From an uncultured Thiothrix sp. (GTDB lineage Bacteria > Pseudomonadota > Gammaproteobacteria > Poriferisulfidales > GCA-002705445), in contig CACJPG010000002.1 of assembly GCA_902595225.1 (NCBI GenBank), forward strand, positions 1,151-65,150: a DNA stretch of 64,000 nucleotides, given 5' to 3'. The position numbers were made by a program, and so were the translations under genes. Below the pieces are notes generated by a model. That model searched no databases, was not told where the DNA came from, and saw only the letters and a list, made by a program, of their open reading frames with translations. Positions 45,957-55,195 of the stretch are shown in pieces; the stretch's first letter is position 1; each line of letters begins with the position of its first letter.

Positions 45957-46577
45957 TTGAAAACTATTGCAATTATAGATTATGGAATGAGTAATTTGAG
46001 TTCTGTTCTTAAGGCAGTAGAGTATGTTGCCCCAAATGATAATGTGATTGTCTCATCTAGTCTTAAGGAAATTAATAATGCAGATAAAATAATATTTCCT
46101 GGGCAAGGTGCTGCAAAAAAATGTATGTCATCAATTAACGACAAAAATTTAGCTTGTGTCATAAAAAAAAATTCTATTGAAAAGCCTTTCCTAGGAATAT
46201 GCATGGGCATGCAAGTATTGATGGATTATAGCGATGAAAATAATGGTACAGAGTGCCTTGGAATAATAAAAGGAAAAGTAAGAAGATTTCATAAAACTAA
46301 AGATGGTATGAAAATACCGCATATGGGATGGAATAGAGTCAAGAAAAAAACCGATCACCCAATATGGAGCGGCATTGATGACAACTCATACTTTTATTTT
46401 GTACATAGTTATCTAATAGAGCCAGAAAATAAAGCAAGTGTAATTGGTGAGACCGAATATGGAGAAAAATTCTGCTCAGTAATTGCTAAAGATAATATCG
46501 TAGCAATTCAGGGACATCCTGAAAAAAGTTCAGCGATTGGCTTAAAGTTTTTAAAAAATTTTATTGAAATGAGTTAA
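45957..46577 (+). CDS. hisH: imidazole glycerol phosphate synthase, glutaminase subunit
   Basis: IAIIDYGMSNL, GICMGMQ nucleophile elbow, HPEKS. TTG start. Confidence 0.94.
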   Translation: MKTIAIIDYGMSNLSSVLKAVEYVAPNDNVIVSSSLKEINNADKIIFPGQGAAKKCMSSINDKNLACVIKKNSIEKPFLGICMGMQVLMDYSDENNGTECLGIIKGKVRRFHKTKDGMKIPHMGWNRVKKKTDHPIWSGIDDNSYFYFVHSYLIEPENKASVIGETEYGEKFCSVIAKDNIVAIQGHPEKSSAIGLKFLKNFIEMS

Positions 46578-46580
46578 GTT

Positions 46581-47327
46581 ATGAAAATAATACCTGCAAT
46601 TGATATACAAAATGGAAACTGCGTACGACTAAGACAGGGTGATTTCTCACAAGAAACCATTTTCAACAACAGTCCTCTTGATATAGCTAAGAAATGGGTA
46701 AAAGACGGCGCCCAAAGGCTGCACATTGTAGATTTAGATGGAGCAAGGCTTGGAGAGCCAATTAACATTAATTTGATTTCAAAAATTTGTAAAACGTTCC
46801 CAAGTATCCCGGTTCAAATTGGTGGAGGCATAAGAGATATGGAGACTGCTAGGAAATATATTAATGCGGGCGCAAGCTTTATTATTATTGGAACAAAAGC
46901 AGTTGAAGATCCTAACTTTGTCAAAGACCTATGCAGTGAATTTCATAAAAAGATAATTATTGGAATAGATGCCAAAAATGGTGAAGTTGCTACAGAAGGT
47001 TGGGTATCAAACTCAAAAGTAAATGCAATTTCTCTATCAAAGAAGTTCGAAGATTTTGGTGTTTCAGAGATTGTTTATACTGACATCGAAAAGGACGGGA
47101 TGATGGGAGGATTGAATATCAAAGCGACAGTAGATCTTGCTAAGGAGATAAATATCCCTGTCATTGCATCTGGTGGAGTAAGTAGCAATGATGATTTAAA
47201 AAAAATTATTAACTATGAAAAGTTTGGTATCTCTGGGGTAATTGTTGGCAGAGCTTTGTATGAAAATAAAATAAATATAAAAGAAGCTAAAGAAATTTTA
47301 CGAAATGTGAAAAATGCCGTTAACTAA
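46581..47327 (+). CDS. hisA: ProFAR isomerase
   Basis: [32 protein letters not shown] blocks. Confidence 0.94.
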   Translation: MKIIPAIDIQNGNCVRLRQGDFSQETIFNNSPLDIAKKWVKDGAQRLHIVDLDGARLGEPININLISKICKTFPSIPVQIGGGIRDMETARKYINAGASFIIIGTKAVEDPNFVKDLCSEFHKKIIIGIDAKNGEVATEGWVSNSKVNAISLSKKFEDFGVSEIVYTDIEKDGMMGGLNIKATVDLAKEINIPVIASGGVSSNDDLKKIINYEKFGISGVIVGRALYENKINIKEAKEILRNVKNAVN

Positions 47328-48096
47328 AAGAATAATACCTTGTCTTGATGTTGATAACGGAAGAGTTGTCAAAGGAACGAAGTTTGTCGATATAAAAGAC
47401 GCTGGCGACCCAGTTGAAGTTGCAAAAAAATATAATGATCAAGGAGCCGATGAAATAACATTCCTAGACATAACTGCAAGTAGTAGCAATAGAAAAACAA
47501 TATTGGATGTTGTGGAGAATGTCGCTTCTCAGGTCTTTATTCCTTTAACCGTAGGAGGCGGTATTAGCAGTGTAAGTGACATTCGTACTTTGCTTAATTC
47601 AGGCGCCGATAAGATTACGATAAATACAGCCGCAATAAAAAATCCAAATTTAGTATCTGACGCAAGCGAGGCTGTTGGAAGCCAATGTATTGTTGTTGCG
47701 ATTGATGCGAAAAGAAAAAAAGTTTCTTCCTCAAAAGAAAGTTGGGAGATATACACTCATGGAGGAAGAAATGCTACTGGCATAGACGCTTTGAAATGGG
47801 CTGAAGAAATGGAGATTAGAGGAGCTGGAGAGCTCTTAGTAACCAGTATGGATAAAGATGGAACAAAAGAGGGTTTTGACCTAGAATTAATGCAGGAAAT
47901 AAATGCAAGAGTTAATATACCTACAATTGCAAGTGGAGGGGTTGGCACTCTTGAAGATATGTATAGGGGAATCGCTGTCGGTAATGCTGATGCAGTTCTT
48001 GCTGCAAGCATATTTCACTTTGGTACTTATACAGTTCATGAAGTAAAAGAATATCTTAGTAAAAAAGGGGTTAATGTGAGACAAGTTTATGAGTGA
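47314..48096 (+). CDS. hisF: imidazole glycerol phosphate synthase, cyclase subunit
   Basis: [32 protein letters not shown] blocks. Confidence 0.96.
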   Translation: MPLTKRIIPCLDVDNGRVVKGTKFVDIKDAGDPVEVAKKYNDQGADEITFLDITASSSNRKTILDVVENVASQVFIPLTVGGGISSVSDIRTLLNSGADKITINTAAIKNPNLVSDASEAVGSQCIVVAIDAKRKKVSSSKESWEIYTHGGRNATGIDALKWAEEMEIRGAGELLVTSMDKDGTKEGFDLELMQEINARVNIPTIASGGVGTLEDMYRGIAVGNADAVLAASIFHFGTYTVHEVKEYLSKKGVNVRQVYE

Positions 48097-48406
48097 AATT
48101 TTAAAAAAATTAGGGGAAGTGCTTGAAGATAGAAAGACAAAAGCGTCTAGCGAATCCTATGTTTCAAGTCTATATGACAAAGGTATTGGGGAAATATGTG
48201 ATAAAGTCGACGAAGAGTCGAAAGAGCTAATAATTGCTCTAAAGACCGAAAGTAATGACAGAATTGTATCTGAAGCTGCTGATTTGTGGTTTCACAGCCT
48301 AATTGCTTTATCAATGAAAAATCTGTCCTCTGATGATATATTATTAGAATTGGAAAAGAGATTTGGTGTCTCGGGACATGATGAAAAGAAAAGTAGAAAT
48401 ACTTAA
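48089..48406 (+). CDS. hisE: phosphoribosyl-ATP pyrophosphatase
   Basis: SYVSSLY..G...I.KV.EES.EL and EAADLWFH blocks. No hisI between hisF and hisE. Confidence 0.9.
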   Translation: MSEILKKLGEVLEDRKTKASSESYVSSLYDKGIGEICDKVDEESKELIIALKTESNDRIVSEAADLWFHSLIALSMKNLSSDDILLELEKRFGVSGHDEKKSRNT

Positions 48407-48429
48407 TAATTTATAGGAGAGTTATAAAG

Positions 48430-48585
48430 ATGGCAGGAATAAGCGTTTGGTCTTTATTACTGATTTTTGTAATTGTACTTTTGCTATTTGGCACAAAGAA
48501 ACTTAGGAATATTGGTGGCGACTTAGGCAGCGCAATAAAAAATTTCAAAAAATCTGTTAATGATGACAAACCAGATAAAGATTAA
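48430..48585 (+). CDS. tatA: twin-arginine translocase subunit TatA (unannotated in ORF track, 51 aa)
   Basis: [51 protein letters not shown], the canonical TatA TM plus FG-hinge plus amphipathic helix. SD AGGAGAG upstream. Followed by tatB and tatC. Confidence 0.9.
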   Translation: MAGISVWSLLLIFVIVLLLFGTKKLRNIGGDLGSAIKNFKKSVNDDKPDKD

Positions 48586-48600
48586 ATAGTGGTGATATAG

Positions 48601-48849
48601 ATGTTTGATTTTGGATTTTGGGAAATAGCTCTTATTCTAATTATAAGTTTAATCATACTCGGTCCAGAAAGGCTACCAGTTTTTGCTTCTCAGTTTGGCT
48701 CATTAGTTAAAAAAATTAAAGACTTCGCAAATAATTTAAAAACTAGCATTGAAAACGAATCGAGAATGAATGATTTAAAAAAAATAATCGAGGAACAAAA
48801 GGAAGAGCTTTCGGAGTTTGAAAAAAAAATAGACTCAGATGAAAAATAG
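48601..48849 (+). CDS. tatB: twin-arginine translocase subunit TatB
   Basis: MFDFGFWEIALILIISLIILGPERLP. Confidence 0.88.
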   Translation: MFDFGFWEIALILIISLIILGPERLPVFASQFGSLVKKIKDFANNLKTSIENESRMNDLKKIIEEQKEELSEFEKKIDSDEK

Positions 48850-49576
48850 TAAAAATTCGTTGACAAGTCATTTACTTGAATTGAGGAGTAGATTACTAAT
48901 TGTCATTTCTTCAATTCTTGTATGCGCTTTGATTCTATCTCCTTTTGCAAATTACCTCTATAATTTACTTGCATTACCTCTTACAGATATTTTACCTAAA
49001 GGATCTTCTATGATTGCTGTTGATGTGGCCTCACCATTTCTTGCGCCCTTCAAATTAATATTGCTATTATCTGTAGTTATAACTTTTCCAATTTCTATAT
49101 ATAATTTTTGGGCTTTTGTATCACCTGGCCTTTATAAAAACGAAAAGATGTTTTTGGCACCAATATTGATTTCAAGTACCTTATTATTTTATTTTGGAAT
49201 TCTATTTGCTTATTTTATTGTTTTCCCACTTGTATTTAATTTTTTTACTAGTATTGCTCCACAAGGAATTGAGATTGCTACAGATATTAATAGCTTCTTA
49301 AACTTTGCTATAAAAATATTCTTTGCTTTTGGGCTAGCTTTTGAAGTGCCCATAATTACTTTTTTAATCGTTATGTTAGGAATTAGCTCAACTGAATCTT
49401 TATCAAAGAAAAGACCATATATTATTGTTTTCGCTTTTATTCTTGGCATGATACTTACACCGCCTGATGTAATATCGCAAATTCTTTTGGCTCTTCCAAT
49501 ATGGCTACTTTTTGAGTTTGGACTATTATTAGCAAAACTTTTCTGCAAAAATAAAGCTAAGTCAAGCAGGGGTTAA
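48839..49576 (+). CDS. tatC: twin-arginine translocase subunit TatC
   Basis: Six TM helices, LTSHLLELRSRLL start, PGLYKNEK and TPPDVISQ blocks. Confidence 0.94.
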   Translation: MKNSKNSLTSHLLELRSRLLIVISSILVCALILSPFANYLYNLLALPLTDILPKGSSMIAVDVASPFLAPFKLILLLSVVITFPISIYNFWAFVSPGLYKNEKMFLAPILISSTLLFYFGILFAYFIVFPLVFNFFTSIAPQGIEIATDINSFLNFAIKIFFAFGLAFEVPIITFLIVMLGISSTESLSKKRPYIIVFAFILGMILTPPDVISQILLALPIWLLFEFGLLLAKLFCKNKAKSSRG

Positions 49577-49617
49577 TTTGTTAAAATTACTATGTTTAAA
49601 ATACTGAAAATATAGCA

Positions 49618-51156
49618 ATGACAAAAAATGAAGTTAACAGAGCTCTATTAATAGTACTAGATGGAGTCGGGCTAGGCCCCAAAGGCGATAATAATGGCTG
49701 GTCACTTGCCAATACACCTAACATTGATTTACTCTTGAAAGACTATCCATCAACATCAATTCAAGCTTCGGGTGAAAGTGTTGGTCTTCCTGATGGACAA
49801 ATGGGTAACTCAGAAGTAGGACACATGATTATAGGCTCAGGGAAAATATTTAAGCAAGATTTAGTTGTGATTAATGAATCAATCAATGATGGTAGTTTTT
49901 TCAAAAATGAAGCGATTCTTAACTCAATCTTATCTGTAAAAGATAATGATAGCGATCTTCACTTGCTTGGTTTAGCATCACCTGGCGGAGTCCATTCTCA
50001 TATTGATCATTTAGAAGCAATATTAAAGATGTGTAAATCTTATGGTGTGAATCCAAAACTTCATATATTTACGGATGGAAGAGATGACGACCCAAAGTCT
50101 GGAATAAAGATTCTAAAAAATCTTGATGACTCATTAAAGAAGTATGGTGGAGAAATATACACTATAATTGGAAGATATTATGCAATGGACAGAGATCAAA
50201 AATGGGATAGGACTGAGCTTGCATGGGACGCAATTGTCAATAATAAAGGACGGCACGCAAAAAATTATGAGGATTTAATAAGTTCTTCTTATGATAAAGG
50301 TATTACTGATGAATTTATATTGCCCACTGTATTAGAGGCAGCCAAGCCATTAAGTAAAAATGATTCACTACTTTTTTTTAATTTTCGAAATGACAGAACA
50401 AGACAGATAGCAAGAGCATTAAACGTTGAGAGATTCGATAATTTTAGAAGAACAAATAATAACACTGCATACTCTATTACAACGATGACAGAATATGACC
50501 CTTTTCTCTCATGTCCTGTGGCATTCAGAACAAAATGTCCGGAAGTTACTCTTGGAAGTGTAGTTAGTGAGCTTGGCCTAAAACAATTTCATTGTGCTGA
50601 AACAGAAAAGTATCCTCATGTAACTTATTTTATCAATGGAGGGAGAGAGGACCCTTATCCTGGAGAGAAAAGAGTGTTAATTCCTTCGCCAAACGTTGCA
50701 ACCTATGATTTAAAGCCAGAAATGAGCTGTAGAGAAGTGGGGGAGGAAGTAATAAGGGCAATTAAGAACGAAGAATATAAACTAATCGTAGTAAACTTTG
50801 CTAACGGAGATATGGTGGGTCATACGGCAGTTAAGGAGGCAATCATTCAAGCGATGAATGAACTTGATTCTGTTCTTGGGGAAGTGGTTTGTGAGGCAAT
50901 TGGGGCAAATGTCTCTACCTTGATTACCGCCGACCATGGTAATTGTGACGAAATTAATAATCCGAAAACTGGAAACCCAAATACTCAGCATTCTCACAAT
51001 CCCGTGCCTTGTATCATAATTGATAATAACAAGGAGTGGGAAATTATAAATCAAAAAGGAGGCTTATCTAATATCACCCCAACGGTTTTAGCAATGATGG
51101 GAATTCCGAAGCCTGAAGAAATGACAAGCGAAAGCTTAATAAAAAAATCTAATTAA
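49618..51156 (+). CDS. gpmI: 2,3-bisphosphoglycerate-independent phosphoglycerate mutase
   Basis: LIVLDGVGLG, GNSEVGHM catalytic Ser block, NFANGDMVGHT, ITADHGN. Confidence 0.95.
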   Translation: MTKNEVNRALLIVLDGVGLGPKGDNNGWSLANTPNIDLLLKDYPSTSIQASGESVGLPDGQMGNSEVGHMIIGSGKIFKQDLVVINESINDGSFFKNEAILNSILSVKDNDSDLHLLGLASPGGVHSHIDHLEAILKMCKSYGVNPKLHIFTDGRDDDPKSGIKILKNLDDSLKKYGGEIYTIIGRYYAMDRDQKWDRTELAWDAIVNNKGRHAKNYEDLISSSYDKGITDEFILPTVLEAAKPLSKNDSLLFFNFRNDRTRQIARALNVERFDNFRRTNNNTAYSITTMTEYDPFLSCPVAFRTKCPEVTLGSVVSELGLKQFHCAETEKYPHVTYFINGGREDPYPGEKRVLIPSPNVATYDLKPEMSCREVGEEVIRAIKNEEYKLIVVNFANGDMVGHTAVKEAIIQAMNELDSVLGEVVCEAIGANVSTLITADHGNCDEINNPKTGNPNTQHSHNPVPCIIIDNNKEWEIINQKGGLSNITPTVLAMMGIPKPEEMTSESLIKKSN

Positions 51157-52063
51157 AAACATCATCAGGAATTTGGCTACTGCTTCCATCAGAACTGTTT
51201 TCATAGGAATCTAGATCATCAAAGACCAAGGTTCCATCTACAATATCTTCATCTTTATCATTCGAGAATTTTATACCTTTCTCTTCCTTTTCAATTATAT
51301 ACTCTTGAGGCTCATCCGAGCCGCCAAAAGTTAAATCGCCCCCTAAATTATTTGGAGAGCTTCTTTTATTTTCTAAGTCTTTGTGAAACGCAACTATTTC
51401 TTTAAATGTTTCTAAAGCGTATTCAAAATTAAGCCCCTTTTTTAACGGGATTAAGACCTGGCCTTTATTTTTTGATAATCTTCTAAGTATTTTCTTTTTT
51501 AAAACATCAGCATCATACTGACTTAATTCATCCATGCCGCCAACAATTCTTGAGGTAACATTACCTTGTACTAGGATTTGTCGGTTTCCAAAAAATACTT
51601 TCTCTTTAAACTCTTTCTCTATAACTTCAACCTCTGATAACTTTATTGTAGTCAATACCTCCGCGCACCCTGCCTTATTATAGTCTGACGAATCCATAGA
51701 ACCTGGCTTTGCTAATCCCTCTTTTGCGCATTCATAGAGAATAAATGTTAATTTGTCTTTGCGGATTTGAACATTTGTCGCCCCCAAAGAAGACTTGAAA
51801 AAAACTTGCCTTTCAATTCTCATTTTTCTTACATATTCTTCGTCTTGCTCATCTGCATATTCCTCGCTGTATGATTTATAAACATCATCTTTAATGCTTG
51901 TCATACTGTCGCCGCTACATAGAGCTGTCACTTGTTCTGTTGTAAATCCTTTTTCTAAATAATAATTTATATCTTCTTTGCTGCATTTTGCATTTGCATT
52001 TTTACTTAGAAAGAAAATTAACAAAATAAATATGGCTTTATTTTTTAATATAGATTGTTTCAT
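51149..52063 (-). CDS. hypothetical secreted protein with acidic Ser/Asp-rich C-terminal tail
   Basis: Signal peptide (...FLSKNANA), four Cys in two pairs, C-terminal DDLDSYENSSDGSSSQIPDD. No family recognised. Confidence 0.55.
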   Translation of the reverse strand: MKQSILKNKAIFILLIFFLSKNANAKCSKEDINYYLEKGFTTEQVTALCSGDSMTSIKDDVYKSYSEEYADEQDEEYVRKMRIERQVFFKSSLGATNVQIRKDKLTFILYECAKEGLAKPGSMDSSDYNKAGCAEVLTTIKLSEVEVIEKEFKEKVFFGNRQILVQGNVTSRIVGGMDELSQYDADVLKKKILRRLSKNKGQVLIPLKKGLNFEYALETFKEIVAFHKDLENKRSSPNNLGGDLTFGGSDEPQEYIIEKEEKGIKFSNDKDEDIVDGTLVFDDLDSYENSSDGSSSQIPDDVFN

Positions 52064-52131
52064 GTGTTTAAATGTGAATTTATTTCTACTATTTTTTTAG
52101 ATTATTTTACCATTTAATATTCATTGTCTGC

Positions 52132-52161
52132 AAAAAAAACAGGCGCTATATAAGCGCCTGT
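52132..52161 (-). terminator. rho-independent terminator of the second porin gene
   Basis: Minus strand ACAGGCGCU-UAUAU-AGCGCCUGU (8 bp, GC-rich) followed by U8. 25 nt after the porin stop. Confidence 0.85.
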
Positions 52162-52185
52162 TCATATTACAAATTCTAAGAAATC

Positions 52186-53499
52186 TTAGAACATTGTTAA
52201 TATACCAAATTGGATAATTTCAACTTGGTTGTTCAAAGTACCAGAACCTAAAGCACTAATACCTGTACCATATTGACCATATGGGTCGTTTTCAACTTCG
52301 ATGTAAGATACATTCAATTCTGTTGAATCACCTAATGCATAGAACACACCAAATAATGTTGTGTCAGCACCAGTTTGCGCAGAGTTATCTGTAGATAAAC
52401 TTGTAGCATCCATATCTAACTCATCAGCTTCAGCATACATGAAACGGAAGTCAAAGTTTCCACCTGGCGCATATTTTCCAGAAATTAGGAAAGCGTCACG
52501 GTCAAATTTAACGTCTGTGTTAGCAGTACCACCTGCAAATGTTGAGCTACTAAAACCAAAGTCTTGTAACGCAGCACCTGGAGTTGTTGTGTTGTTAAAC
52601 TCATACTCTACGTTTTCAAACATAGCTGAAAGAGTCAAACTACCGCCATTTCCTAGGTCCATGATGTAACGACCAGCGATACGCCATGATTCAGCTTCAG
52701 AATCAGACATTGTTGCACCATCAAGTAATGATGCTGCCCATTCTTCGTGCTTCTGATAAGTTAAAGCACCCCAGAAAGGACCATCGCTGTATGCAATACC
52801 CATAGAGTAAATTACTGGGTCAGTTTCAGCACTTCCTCTAGCAGAAGTGTAGTCAGTACCATGATCAGCTGTCATAGCGAATCTGTATGATACTTTTCCT
52901 GTTGAACCCATGTATTGTAGGATTTCTTCCTGACGTCTGTTGAAACCCATGTTGTAGATACCACCGTAAGCACTGTAAGATACGAATGTTTGTGATCCAA
53001 AGTCTCCTAAGTTATAGAAGATTGTGTATGCACCAACAGAACCCATAATGTTTGTATGAGATGCAGAACCTGCGTCATACCATGGGTCTACCCAACCAGC
53101 GACCATTTCGTTGTATGGTAGTAACCAGTTAGCGAACATAATTTCACCAAAAGATCCTGAAATACCAACTTTTGAGTTACGGTTACACCAACCACCTGTA
53201 CCAGCGTAGTCGTTCATGTAAGTAAACTGTTCACAACGCCATGTTACTTTAAGGCCTTCGATTCCAGTGTCTACGAAACCAAGGAAACCAATGTTACCAG
53301 CATTACCATTAATAGCATGTTGGTCTGTATTACCATTAGCACCCTTTTCAATTATTTCGTAAGTATGGTTTTGCCAACCGTAGATTGTGATTGGATCCCC
53401 GTAAGGACCAACTCCACCACCACCCCAGCCTGCGTTTGCAGTAACAGGAAGCATGGCCAATGCTCCGGCTAGCATACTTGCTAAGATTTTTATTTTCAT
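52186..53499 (-). CDS. outer-membrane general porin (major, highly expressed type)
   Basis: Signal peptide ending TANA, Gly-rich N-terminus, amphipathic beta-strand periodicity, C-terminal Phe (GILTMF). GC-rich codon bias, own terminator, strong SD AGGAG. Confidence 0.75.
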   Translation of the reverse strand: MKIKILASMLAGALAMLPVTANAGWGGGGVGPYGDPITIYGWQNHTYEIIEKGANGNTDQHAINGNAGNIGFLGFVDTGIEGLKVTWRCEQFTYMNDYAGTGGWCNRNSKVGISGSFGEIMFANWLLPYNEMVAGWVDPWYDAGSASHTNIMGSVGAYTIFYNLGDFGSQTFVSYSAYGGIYNMGFNRRQEEILQYMGSTGKVSYRFAMTADHGTDYTSARGSAETDPVIYSMGIAYSDGPFWGALTYQKHEEWAASLLDGATMSDSEAESWRIAGRYIMDLGNGGSLTLSAMFENVEYEFNNTTTPGAALQDFGFSSSTFAGGTANTDVKFDRDAFLISGKYAPGGNFDFRFMYAEADELDMDATSLSTDNSAQTGADTTLFGVFYALGDSTELNVSYIEVENDPYGQYGTGISALGSGTLNNQVEIIQFGILTMF

Positions 53500-53940
53500 T
53501 AGGACTCCTAATAATTTTCTTAATTATTGTTTAAGAGGGATCTAAAAAAAACTAAAGTTCTTTCCCCCCACTAAATGCTATTAATATCTTATTTTTATAA
53601 ATCTGCTTAAACTTCATATGCAAATTTGAACATTCCGTTGTCCATAGCACCTCCCACATTTCTGCAGGATTTGTCAATTTTGACCAATCTTTCCGCCCAA
53701 GTCAATAAAAAAAGCACTTAAAAAGGGCAATAATGCATGTAAAATCAATCATATATAAGCGTTTACTAATTAAGTTTATTATTGATTACTTATATGAAGT
53801 TAGGTTGTTGAATAAGCGATAAAAATATGGCTAAAAAATTCCAATTGAAATTATCTATTATAGTCTTATTATTTGCACTTCTAAGTTATATAGATTATAT
53901 ATGTGTTATTACCATTTTTAAGGTTTACAAAAGATTCTCA

Positions 53941-54801
53941 ATGAAAGATTTTTTGAAATTTATTGCTTTTTTGCCAATGATATTTGTCGCAGGCTGTGGT
54001 GGCTTGGATCTTCCAGATTTGACATTCAGCGATGATGAAAGCCCGCGCGCAAATTTAGAAACGTACTACGAAGTCGTTCTTGACCCAAATTATTCTGGTT
54101 ATCAAGATGACGATGGTCTTGATAGAAAAGCGATAGAAAAAGGTGCGAAAAACTTCGCTGAATGTGCAAATTCAACAGAATGTAATTTGCTGTGGGATAC
54201 TGCAAAAACATGGCTCACCTCCAAATCAAAATATAAGGAAGATTTAAAAACAAATTCAAAGAATTTGCTCGAAACAAAACTTAATTTACGCGATAACAAA
54301 GATGATCAAATAACTTTTAAAGTTTCAAGAATACCTAAAGGCAAAATGAACGAGATTCAGATTGAGGCAAAATGTGAGAGAAGTTGCAAAAACTTTATTC
54401 ACAAACATCTGTTTGCTTTTAATAGTTATTTAAAAAATCATCTATTAGCATATCAAAACGGTGTTATAGGTTATGCTCAAGTAGAAAATGAAATGCTTGT
54501 TGGATTAAATAATTCTGATAATTTAAATATTGATTTCGATGATATGAGTGAAAATCCGCAAATATCGGTACTAAAAGAAAATGAATCATTGGATAAAATT
54601 GAAGTTACTAAATCAGGGAAAAAAAAATATATAGGCAATGTTGCTGAAACTCTTATTGATGATTATTCATGCAATAAAATGAGCGAAATAAATTTAGTTA
54701 AAAAAACCAGAAAAAGAGAGTTGTACGAAGTCAATTGTATTAAAGAAGTTAAAAGAATGATATTTGATTGTGGGCCAGATGGTTGTGAAGTTTTACAATG
54801 A
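53941..54801 (+). CDS. hypothetical lipoprotein (C-terminal 4-Cys module)
   Basis: The track ORF 53827..54801 is trimmed to MKDFLKFIAFLPMIFVAGCGG (lipobox VAGC). The C-terminus is C-x21-YEVNC-x10-C-x4-C. Confidence 0.6.
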   Translation: MKDFLKFIAFLPMIFVAGCGGLDLPDLTFSDDESPRANLETYYEVVLDPNYSGYQDDDGLDRKAIEKGAKNFAECANSTECNLLWDTAKTWLTSKSKYKEDLKTNSKNLLETKLNLRDNKDDQITFKVSRIPKGKMNEIQIEAKCERSCKNFIHKHLFAFNSYLKNHLLAYQNGVIGYAQVENEMLVGLNNSDNLNIDFDDMSENPQISVLKENESLDKIEVTKSGKKKYIGNVAETLIDDYSCNKMSEINLVKKTRKRELYEVNCIKEVKRMIFDCGPDGCEVLQ

Positions 54802-55115
54802 ATTACTTAAAACATAAATCTTTTCTGCTTTTACTCTCAGTCTCCATTTTTACTGGATGCTCATCAATGGAGTCATCTGGGATTAAAGAGTGGCTCAAAG
54901 AAGGCACGAAAGAATACCAAGTAGAAGATGAAGAAGTAACTTCATCTAGTAAAAAAGGTATCAAAAAATTACTGGAAAGGAGGGGCTGTATAAGTGGTTC
55001 AAGTGCAAGAGTTATAGAGACAGAAAATTCTGACGTTCGTGTTTACGAAGTAACCTGTGTTGAAAAGTCTAACCGATTCATTGTTAAGTGCGACGAGAAT
55101 TCGTGTTCAGAGTAA
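54798..55115 (+). CDS. hypothetical small lipoprotein, paralogous C-terminal 4-Cys module
   Basis: Lipobox FTGCSS. ATGA overlap with the upstream gene. The C-terminus C-x22-YEVTC-x10-C-x4-C aligns with the previous protein. Confidence 0.6.
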   Translation: MNYLKHKSFLLLLSVSIFTGCSSMESSGIKEWLKEGTKEYQVEDEEVTSSSKKGIKKLLERRGCISGSSARVIETENSDVRVYEVTCVEKSNRFIVKCDENSCSE

Positions 55116-55195
55116 AATCTTTAGCACATAATTTGTAAAGTTTAAATTTTTTTAAAATCTTTTATCTTAGATTCTTTATCAATGAACTCCTTAAC

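Noticed and set aside
53827-53940. The 38-codon N-terminal extension of the lipoprotein ORF given in the ORF track (start at 53827).
   Set aside because: The Met at 53941 begins a textbook lipoprotein signal (MKDFLKFIAFLPMIFVAGC). The extension would bury the lipobox behind an extra hydrophobic segment. Neither start has a good SD, so this stays a judgement call.
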